A stretch of 64,000 bases of DNA from Lingula anatina (taxonomy: Eukaryota > Animalia > Brachiopoda), in assembly GCA_051362555.1 (NCBI GenBank), contig CM120646.1:4712001-4776000 (forward strand), read 5' to 3'. Shown in pieces: positions 54,608 to 64,000 of the stretch. The notes under the pieces are model-generated. The model was given only the letters and a program-made list of their open reading frames with translations. It searched no databases and had not been told where the DNA came from. Position numbers and translations under genes: made by a program. Numbering within the stretch: the first letter of the stretch is position 1; the number at the start of each line of letters is the position of its first letter.

Positions 54608-55642
54608 ATGAATCCAGATTCTCTTCAGCAACTGTCCGCCGGAGTTGCAGCTTTAGCAAAAACAACGGTGCAGGCGCACCAAGAGGATGGACAATGGAGA
54701 AATTTGATGCAAGAGCGATGGCGAGCGGAGGACGCTCGAAATGCGAGAATAGAACGCATGAAAATAGAGGGTGAGCACCAGACAAAATTGGATGTCCTGT
54801 GCCGGGCGATTAAACCCTGTGATGGGTCCATTCCAGACGACACAAGAGACTGGATTGACCAAATTGAACGAACAATTCCCCGGACGGAGGAAATTGAACA
54901 CGCCACAATCAAACTGGCACTGCAGACGGCACAAGGGTCAATGGCAGGTGAGATAGATTATTTCTTAAATCAACAGCCAGAGTATTTTGGAACGGACTGG
55001 ACAGTGCTAAGAAACCATATTCGACGGGTCTTTCTTTCCGCCGATGAAACTAGTTGTATTCGAGCCGAATTGGAACGAATAAAACAATCCCAATTTGAGA
55101 ACACGGCGTCCTATAATCGTCGCTTTAGAGACGTGGCGCGTAAAGCATACCCACTTCCCCGATCCGAGGAAGCGGAACGCCTGTTAATTAAGGCTTATAC
55201 GCGGGGCCTGCATGAGATTCGCCTCGCTAGAGACATGATACGGAAGGGACGACCGTCGACGTTGCAAGAAGCTATGAGATACGTGGACAATGAAGAAGTG
55301 GGTGATCTCCTATTCCAGACCGTCTACGGAGACCGTAATAGCAACACTCAACGCCGCATAGAGGAGCCAATGGAAATCGGGGCGACACAACCTGTGGATC
55401 AAGTACCACGATGGGCTACAGAACTAAAAGAGTCGATCTTATCCGCGTTGAAAAGCGCAGCTCAACGCGAGCCACCGATGACGTCATCCAACACAAGACA
55501 GCACCCACGCAAATCGCCACAATCGTCGAAGGACAGTAAGGGGTGGACGGCGGACGGACTGATAAAATGTTTTTATTGTGGTAAAGTAGGCCATGTAAAG
55601 GCGGAATGTTACCAACTCAAAACTTCATGTAAGAAACAGTAA
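54608..55642 (+). CDS. gag: Retrotransposon Gag (capsid plus CCHC zinc knuckle), 344 aa
   Basis: Open ORF just after the PBS; MHR-like IKQSQFENTASYNRRF, PSTLQEAM, EPMEIG and CFYCGKVGHVKAEC (CX2CX4HX4C). Confidence 0.9.
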   Translation: MNPDSLQQLSAGVAALAKTTVQAHQEDGQWRNLMQERWRAEDARNARIERMKIEGEHQTKLDVLCRAIKPCDGSIPDDTRDWIDQIERTIPRTEEIEHATIKLALQTAQGSMAGEIDYFLNQQPEYFGTDWTVLRNHIRRVFLSADETSCIRAELERIKQSQFENTASYNRRFRDVARKAYPLPRSEEAERLLIKAYTRGLHEIRLARDMIRKGRPSTLQEAMRYVDNEEVGDLLFQTVYGDRNSNTQRRIEEPMEIGATQPVDQVPRWATELKESILSALKSAAQREPPMTSSNTRQHPRKSPQSSKDSKGWTADGLIKCFYCGKVGHVKAECYQLKTSCKKQ

Positions 55643-55649
55643 CCTATTG

Positions 55650-55900
55650 ACCATTGTAACTAGTTCAAGCAGAGAGGCGTAAGAAGGCACGTATAGGGGT
55701 TAGAGTATCTTTAAATGGGGAACCTTGTTTAGCATTATAGTTGACACGGGCGCTAGTAGGCCTACCCCTCTGCTTTATTACTCTGTGTTTAAGAAATTAT
55801 GTTCGATGACTGGTAGACCTACATGTAGATTAGTAAAAAGTACACAACCCGTTATTAGTATGACAGATCACTTACAGTGTTAGGAACAGCTCAATAGAAT
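55650..55900 (+). pseudogene. Decayed aspartic protease remnant
   Basis: VSLNGEPCLAL, then a frameshift/stop, then VDTGASR (~55740-55760); no RT, RNase H or integrase follows. Confidence 0.7.
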
Positions 55901-56806
55901 TATGCTCCAGGGCCTTAATCACCGGGCAGGTGAAACATAGGCAAGCATGTGAAATAGAATTAACTAGGTATGTACAGTCGCAGGCAGTAGAGTTAGCGTT
56001 AGGGGATTACGCGCTTACCACTTCGGGGGAAACAATATATACACGGTGTCCACGGTCACCTGCTGTGTCACATACCCTATGGCCAGGGGTTTACCTGATA
56101 CATGTAAGTGACGGCTGTTCCATCACGGCCACCAACTTCACACCACCGGGTTTAAAACAATGGATGGGCAAAGTAAGCGTTAAGGCACTCATGGTAAATG
56201 ATATAAAACCTTTGCAGGTGCAAAATATTATTCCGGCTAGCGTACCTTTGCACATCATGAAACCTGACGAATTAACACCTTTACAACCAGTTAAACGGAT
56301 ATTGCTATCTCCAATAAGCGATGAACCGAATCCCTTTTCGATATTTTTTTGCTAACAAATTTAGGCGACAATTAGTAATTGGAACAACCACTGGTTCCCT
56401 CATTGTGATTGGGGTGATTCTGATTGTAATATGTGGGTATCGGCGATGTAATTGGCGGGAAATAATTTAAAAAAAACGCCATCACGTCAATAAAAGGAAA
56501 TTAGAAAGGTCTAGTGGACCTAATGAGGAATGTGATAACGCTTTATATGAACCCATGTCAACTGATCTTGAGTTAAGTCATATTTCAGCACCGGACAGCC
56601 CTGCTCATCAGCGTACGGTAACAGCCAATAGTACTAACGACTGTGAGACCATCACTTATATCCCGGTGGAGCTAAAAGCAACCTCGGATACGCTGACGGT
56701 TCAAGGACCTGAAGCGCAGGCGCTGAAGGCCCAAGAACAACTAGCGTTGAACGAGTCGCTTCCTGCACCTCCGTTGCATATGCTGATGGAACAACACGCG
56801 ATGTAA
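55900..56806 (+). pseudogene. env-like ORF3 remnant (C-terminal ectodomain, TM helix, cytoplasmic tail)
   Basis: Cys-containing ectodomain piece at 55930-56355, frameshift in a T-run, then TM LVIGTTTGSLIVIGVILIVICGY-RR (~56372-56446). After another shift the tail continues into ORF 56555-56806. Position is just before the 3' UTR and LTR. Confidence 0.6.
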
Positions 56807-57333
56807 GGGTCTGGTTTAGGCAGGGGGTTTACCTTTTGAGATTTTGATTGGTATAAGGTAATACCGTGCAGTAATTTGTCAATTAACAGTGAAAGTTTCA
56901 TTGATGATATGATCACGAAACGGAGATGCACTATTGGTGCATATGTCTTAGTATTGAATTAGTATTACTACAATTCAAGGGTATACAACTGTTTGTTACT
57001 TTAATACATTTTATATATGGTTCTATGTTTATTACTTAAGGTTAAGGTGTATACTTATCTAAACGTATTATTATGTACATCATGCGATAAATAAGAAGCT
57101 ATCACGTACACTCTATGATGTCATTAGCTGGTGTTTTATGTTCATATAACCTTAATATAATAATATTATGATAATATTGGGTGTTATGGTAAGAAAATCT
57201 AATTGTATTTCATGTTAACATTTGGTAAGATGGGTACTTAGTAGGATAGATTTTAAAAAAGTGGACATTAGCATATTATTTTAATTCCTCATAGTTGAAA
57301 TGCAAGCATTTCAACCGGTGGGTAATATAGTGG

Positions 57334-57885
57334 TGTAAAATACCACTTTGGGTATTTTATGATTGATATAAATAATTAATTAAAATAATATTCATATCCT
57401 AAGATAAGCTTAGAAGGGGGCAGTCAATAGACATTCGGGAATGATCGTGACCGGGGCACATGGCACGAGATAAAATTTAGAAATGCCTTTGAAGGCTAGG
57501 GCGGATAATGGTGATCCAGGAAACACGGTGACTGAGTTGGGGCAAAGCCTGAGACAAAAGGACTGCGCTCAGTCAAGTGTTATTTCTTCCTGGTTATTAA
57601 AATTCCTGAATGATCTATAAAGGCTGCCCTGTTTTAAGGTGAAATCATATCGTATTTTGGCTCTGGCGATATCATTATACATTTTGGACTGACAGTTACT
57701 ATGTAGAAGAAACCTCTGTATATTTTCCAAAAGACAGTATTAAATTTCCACTTGCATCAAATGAGAATCTTGTTCGTTTTACTGGATCAGCTGGGCGCAC
57801 AACACTAAGGCCCAAGAACCGGCGCGTTATCTAACGTGACATTATTCTCTCGTAAAGTCTAACCGACGAAGATTGAGACTTAACA
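57334..57885 (+). repeat. 3' LTR
   Basis: Direct repeat of 54011-54562, followed by the TSD ACAT. Confidence 0.95.
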
Positions 57886-60022
57886 ACATGTGTCCAGTGC
57901 AGATAATCAGACGGAATCATTGACATAAATTAAGCTCCCCCATTGCTTGTTCCTGTTCGTATTCCATGACTACAACAATAGTCGAGCACAACTGGAGCAA
58001 AAAGTCAAAATGCACTTTGTTCTGTCCAGTAGAACGTTTCTCAGATTAAATATATATGGCCACAGCAACACCTCCGGGTACTTTCGGTTTCAGTTTCGTT
58101 TCCGACGCACAAAGGTTTACGTACACGTTGTCCCGGTTGGTATTTTAAGAATCGATAAAGTAAAGGGTATTCAATAAATGTATAAAGAGCTATGCGTTAT
58201 CTTTGTTGTCTCAAGCTATGACGTGATAAGAAAAGGTTTGTTAGAAATGTATATCCTATTTCTGTTTATTTCTTTCAACTTGCTATTGGCAAATGTTGTA
58301 GTGCAATAACGTTTCAGACCCATAGCCTTTTATGCCTGTTTCTTTATTTTACTTTTATTTTCCATTTTCAAGATAAGCTCAGGCAACATTCATTTTTCTA
58401 ATCTTATCGCAAAGTGATTCACATTATGGCTGATTTAATTTTATGGAGGACCCCGAGAGGGTAAAAAAATCGACAAAAACGATTGCTCCTAAAGTAAATA
58501 AATATACATCTGGAAACTTGAACTGCTGAACACAGTGAATCATACAAAAACACGTGCTAATTCGCACTGAGAACACAATTTAAAGAGTAAGCAGTTATCT
58601 ACTTTATCTCAGTGTGTGAAAGAATAGTCTTCCTTCGCGCCGAGTATATAAGAGCATCAGCTCTCATATGCCTCATCTTTGTATCTTACAAACAACTGAT
58701 AATAATAGAGAGCCACTTTTAGGCCACATGTACCTCAACTCTCCTCTAGTATTTTTCGTCAGCGCAAAAGAAACGTGTGTGAGCCGCTCTGGATTGGGAC
58801 GTATTTGGAGTTGTCTCTAGTATAGTTGAGCAGACGTGATATCCCAGTTGCCAACGTCGATTGCGTACCAATCTACAATCAATCGTGAAATTTTGTGATC
58901 GTCGTTTTATGCTAGAGCTTATGTATTATGACGATTACGACGCGGCTACATCTATCCTTTGCGGCAAATCTTGGAGCAGAAGATGAATGAGTTTTCAGTT
59001 TTTGACAGCCCAGGGCTTTGTTGCATTTTGAGTGGGCAAAGACGGTGACAGCATGTAGTTCCGAAGTACCGAGAGGGGGTATTTATTTACTTATTTATAT
59101 TCAAGTACAGGCCTAAGAGAGATGCACGTGAAGACGTCACCTATGAAATTAAATCAGTGTGGCCTATTTTCAATACTACGTTAAAAGGACCACCCTTACT
59201 GTTAATTTGGTGGAGTGCGGTAGCTTTGCCAAGCAGAACAACTGTCGCATTACAATAATGCCTCCTGTTATTCCTTACACTGCAAATGATAAATGTATTA
59301 CATTGGAAATATCTGGCTTTGGACACACGCTGAGCAAGATGCACTTTTCCATATGCCATAAATACTATCTTTAGTTAACTTCAGCTACATGTATATTATT
59401 GAACATCGTCATATTGTGAGCGTTCGGAATAAAAAAAACGTATTTGTATCAGACGAGCTATGAGCTGGATTGACATACTTTAAGTTCACTGGTTCTTGAA
59501 TCTATAAATGAATTTATTAGTTCATTAGCAAGTATAACAAAAGTTGAGTAAATGTTTCAAAGCGCAGTTATTAAAACGAGCACTTGTAAGAGACGCCCCC
59601 ATAACAAACACATAAAAGTACAGGCACTAACATGTAGCTCCTAAAAAGTGGCCGACATATTATTATCATTTTGTAAATCAAGCCCATGCATTGAGTCACG
59701 CATTTCCCCCGTAAACTTTTATGCTATTTTTAAAAGAAAACGATATAAAGTGAAAACAATACACGTTGTATTACAAAATCGACATGTGGAAATGTTTGTG
59801 TGTATATACAATGTGCATATACAGTATACTGTATATTCACGAAAGTACAGTACCGTATGTAATATACATGTAAATGTTACATGAGGTACTGTACTTTCGT
59901 GAATGTTCGTTTTTTTGCATTAATTTAGTTCGTTATCACCTTTCAGGCTTAGCTACAGTCATGCATATTTTTGTAATTTCTGAATTGTATTATTGCATTT
60001 TTATGGATGTTCCAAGAAACAA

Positions 60023-60408
60023 ACCGACCGGATGGCCTTTTGGTTAGAGTGTCCGCTTCCGGAGCGGGAGGTCGTGGGTTCAAAACCCGTCCGGGGACAT
60101 ACCAGTCCTTTATAAACGGTACTTGTTGTCTCCCCGCTTGGCACTCAGCACTAAGGGGTTGAAACAGGGGCCTGGTCAGGCAGTGCAGAAATGATATATA
60201 TTAGCTCTGAGCGCCTAATATGGCAGCTGAGCTGTATCCTCCCCAGGGAGGTGAGACCGTCTACAGAGTGCACCAGTACAAAAATGACCAGGCTTCTCTG
60301 ACATGAATAAAAATTTCATTCAAATAAATAAATATATAACATAATTGTATAACTTCAACCTTCGGGTTGCGATTTTCCAATAAAGATTATTATTATTATT
60401 ATTATTAT
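60023..60408 (+). mobile_element. tRNA-derived SINE (MetaSINE-like central domain)
   Basis: A-box tggccttttgg, B-box ggttcaaaaccc, central ggtacttgttgtctccccgcttggcactcagcactaaggg and an (ATT)n tail. Confidence 0.75.
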
Positions 60409-60700
60409 ATATTAGAATGCTACAACGCATGAAAAACATTTCATTTTAACTCGTATTTCTTATGTCAATCATATCACACCAGTATTACAATAACTGCACT
60501 TCATGCCAGAATTTAAACTTTTATACGAGTTGTAAGTTTTCAACCATGATGCCTTTTATAATTTTATCTAGTTGTTCATTACATTCCTATCAGACATTTG
60601 AGATCATTAGATCAACTGTCACTAAACCTTAGAACTTTAGGTAACATCTCTTTTTAGTCAACTGGTTCATAATATAAATATGAAGTCAAATAATGCTATA

Positions 60701-60861
60701 CAGGAGTAACAGAGAGTCCCTCCTGGTAGAGAGTCCGCTTCCTATCCATTCGTACAAGTAAGCCTAGATTTTGACCCACTTAGGTCAGGCTAACCCTAAC
60801 CATTATAACTAAATGGAGGGCGGATTTTCTGTTACACGGACCCTCAGTTTTGTTACACTGG
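60701..60861. mobile_element. Short MITE-like element
   Basis: caggagtaaca...tgttacactgg imperfect TIRs with an internal ctaaccctaacc. Confidence 0.4.
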
Positions 60862-61466
60862 TCTATGTGACTTCTGATAGCGGGGTGTCAGCAGTTTTGA
60901 CACCTGTCAATCATACGATAATATCAATGACAATAACAAAACTGTTTCATTCTAACACTTGAGATTTTCAGGAAATAAAGTATCAACAATCTGTGCCAAA
61001 CTTCGATTCGATTAATGTAATTAAACTTCAAAATTAGTTCATTTTTATATACCAACTATATGATGTCTTACAGCACAATGTGAATAACACGAGTAGGTAA
61101 ATAAATATATGAAATGCAAAGCTACGAGAAAAGTTAAGCAAATATAACTTTTTACGGATTGACTCCAATTATACCAAAAGCAAATAGGCTGGCACTGATA
61201 AACAACGGAAAATATAGTGTACATGCACTGCATACCCTCATATAGAACCCTGGGAAACCTCCGGCACCTACTACCTAGAGCTGTAAACATTTAAATGCAA
61301 AATAGTTTAAAGGTGATGCTGAATTCAGTTGTTTCACCAATGTTTTATTGGTTGTACAAATATAGTGTGTCTGTCCCGTCCTGTTCCCAGAGCCCATGAC
61401 TGACGTGGTTAAAGTAAGTTAGGATAAGTCGCCCCCCCCCCCCCCCCAATTGGCTCCTTTACCACA

Positions 61467-63859
61467 TTACTTCACTTGAAAAGCGTATTGCGTCCCGTCC
61501 AGACAGTTAAACGCGTTCTTCACCTGTCTTCTGGCCACCGTGACCCAGCGTCCGGCCATCAGGAAGTCATCTATTAACTCATCCCAGCTCTTGCCTCCAT
61601 ATTCACTGCCATGTAGGTATTTCCCAATAGTGTCCATCACCACGTAACCACCTGAAAGAATAATAAAAACTTTAACAACCAGTTTTCATTGTTCCTTTTA
61701 ATATTTTTCCATTTCACTTTTTAGGAGATTGATTTTTTTTAAATGTTGTCATTAGGAAAATACGGATTAAAATACGGATTCAATTTAAAATGTGTGCTTA
61801 CTCAAGGCTTTTTTTTCTTGGACGATATGATAAAAATTAAAAAGAGGGGTCATGCAAATTGTTTTAAATTGCCTATGAGAACTGCCAATCGAGAGTGGTA
61901 AAATGGTGACCTACCTGGTTTAACAATACGAATGAATTCTCCAAAGCAACTTCCATCCATATGAGCATTACCTACCGCTCCTGTCATCATGACCGCATCG
62001 TACGTGTCTAGTAATAAATAAATAAATTAATAAATTGATTAATTAATAAAAATAAATACATCGTTTTGTGGAATGTGTACGTGCAAGAAATATTTGGATT
62101 GCATTTGAAAACTGGTGGAACATTCCGAATAATGCCATACACTTCAGAAAAAATGAAAAAAACTATAATGTACGGGTGTCTGTCAAGCGACCAGCGCGTA
62201 AAAGCTTTAAATTTCTGTATTATTGTGGCTAAACAATTCATAAACAAAAATTCAGAAAATCCATCAGTCTATGATTTTGAACTGTTTCTGCATTTTCTTA
62301 GCCAGAAGAAGAAAATAGAAAAATACATTGCTATAAAGACAGGAAAAGAAGATAGGTTTAATACAAAATGGAAACTCATTCCTACCATAACGTGTTAAAA
62401 ATTTCACCTCTAGTACGCTATAGTTGCCGTTATGTAGTTCACAACAAGCATGTATACGTGTAGTATGTATGGATGAATGAGTGAGTGAAAGTATGTCTAT
62501 ATATTTATGTTCTCATTTATTTATCTGCATTTAATTACGGTAATTATTATCAGTATTTTATGCATTTAATCTTTGATTATCTATCTAAATATTTCATTAT
62601 ATATGTTATAGTTGCCGATATGTAGCTCACAACAAGCGACAAGCGACATCAATACGCGTAGTATGCATGGATGGATGAGTGAGTGAGAGTATTTCTATAT
62701 ATCTACGCTCTTTTTATTTATCTATAAGTATTTAATTACCGTAATTATCATCAGCATTGTTTTACATGCATTCAATCTTTGATTATCTGTTTAAATATTT
62801 CATTATGTATGTATATTTTCTTTTTTTTTTCTTTGAGTGAATAAACGCATAAAAAAAATTAATAAAATAAATTAATGAAGAAGAATTATCCATAACCAAA
62901 CTCCACGTGTCCAGCGTTGTGTGCGATATAAATTTAAGATAAGAGCTTAAATTCTAAAATATATAATCTGAAACTGCCAATTAAACACTTTAAAATTCAG
63001 AACTTAAACATTCCAAGCAAAACCGCCAGTTACTGCGACATTAACATTTAGCGGTAAGGAAGTTTTTTCATAAACTTTTCAATCAAACCAAGGGTGTTGA
63101 AACGCCTTGGACAGTTCAATAGTGGTTCCTTCTGATGACAAATAAAATATTTTCTCGAGTAACTCTGATAACGCTTTTAATACTTAATCTAAAGCAAACA
63201 ATTTAGCCAATTTTAGCCGATTTGGCAAGTATTTTAGACTAAGCACCCCAACTAGATAATGGAAAGGATATATATCATTGTGTATGTACACGTACAAAGA
63301 ACTTACCATCAGGGATATCCAGACCCTCAGGACCAAGCCTCATGCACATAACCTTTTTATAGATGTTCTTCTGCTTGGCCTTTTCAAGCATTTTACTACA
63401 CATGTCGAAGGCATGGAGGTTGTGGAAACCACGCTTTGTCAGCTAGAATATACAACATGTAAATATTTAACTCATTTCCCCTGCCCAAACTGTGTGGACT
63501 ACTTTGGTTAAAAGGTGAGTCAAAGGGTATTTATCATCCCTGCCCAGGATAGAAGAATATGCAGACAATTAAACAAAGTGTACCGACGCGGTTGCATTTT
63601 TGCTGGCGGTTAACGTGGAGCCAGTATTAACGTGAGTACTAATAGATGATAACTGGTATACCGTGATGATACCAAGTGTGCTTAAATATAAAGATATGTT
63701 AAGATGTAACTAACTCAGCGACATACTAATCACCTCTATGCCCCCTAAACCGGTTCCGCAGGCGGCCTCCAAAATAAGCGCATCTTTGTTGTTCTTTAAG
63801 CATTTTTCTAATTCGGCTGCACAGACACTTGGTTGAGTGTAGTTTAGAGTAACCATATC
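61467..63859 (-). CDS. METTL27: METTL27/WBSCR27-like methyltransferase copy D (exons 2-5; exon 1 beyond the window)
   Basis: Exons 63859-63734, 63442-63307, 62007-61915 and 61651-61467 with the conserved sizes 126/136/93/185 and an open frame; LEAACGTG, LHAFDM, TYDAVMMTGAVG, RIVKPGG. The symbol is family-level. Confidence 0.88.
62058..62858 (+). mobile_element. 5'-truncated L1/Tx1-clade LINE (ORF2 C-terminus, 3' UTR, poly-A)
   Basis: ORF 62066-62398 has LNFCIIVAKQFI...KIEKYIA...RFNTKW, typical of the L1/Tx1 ORF2 tail. AATAAA plus an A-run at ~62840-62858; imperfect TSD aattaataaaa(a)taaat. Confidence 0.8.
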
Positions 63860-64000
63860 CTAGGAAGATTTAAACATATATGTCCAATGATAATATCAGT
63901 ATCATACCAAAGCATATTCCTATCAAATAGTTTAATTGATAAATATATTTTTCACGTTATTCATATATGTACCCGCCAAGCTCAGAGTAACCCATTTTTC

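Larger units (their letters stand above)
54011..57885 (+). mobile_element. Gypsy-like LTR retroelement, non-autonomous (gag intact, pol deleted, env remnant)
   Basis: 552-bp LTRs at 54011-54562 and 57334-57885 (TG...CA; two substitutions seen by eye), 4-bp TSD ACAT, and a PBS-like TGGCGAGC...CAGGA at 54565. Confidence 0.95.

Noticed and set aside
60030-60105. tRNA gene
   Set aside because: A and B boxes are present but there is no proper acceptor stem, and it continues into a SINE body and (ATT)n tail.

Overview
AT-rich, intron-containing animal DNA, probably a marine invertebrate; the MetaSINE-type SINE and the repeat types fit this, but the species cannot be determined. The window holds a cluster of five METTL27/WBSCR27-like class I SAM-dependent methyltransferase genes that share one 5-exon layout (114/126/136/93/185 nt). 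Two are intact (minus strand, a tandem duplication), one is intact as far as visible (runs off the right edge), one is frameshifted, and one has its last exon split by a foldback transposon. Inside the cluster is a spliced + strand gene for a TNF-receptor-like type I membrane protein with a single Cys-rich domain, a TM helix and a PxQxT TRAF motif; the ORF track shows it only in fragments. The rest is a dense set of mobile DNA: a young Gypsy-like LTR element with intact gag, deleted pol and an env remnant; two TAGTCC...GGACTA foldback elements (Academ-like); a ~6 kb unclassified element inserted in a (CA)n tract and carrying repeated AACCGAGGAC motifs; a Penelope fragment with a minimal hammerhead motif; a 5'-truncated L1/Tx1; a tRNA-SINE; and many MITEs. 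All calls were made by eye and no database searches were run.
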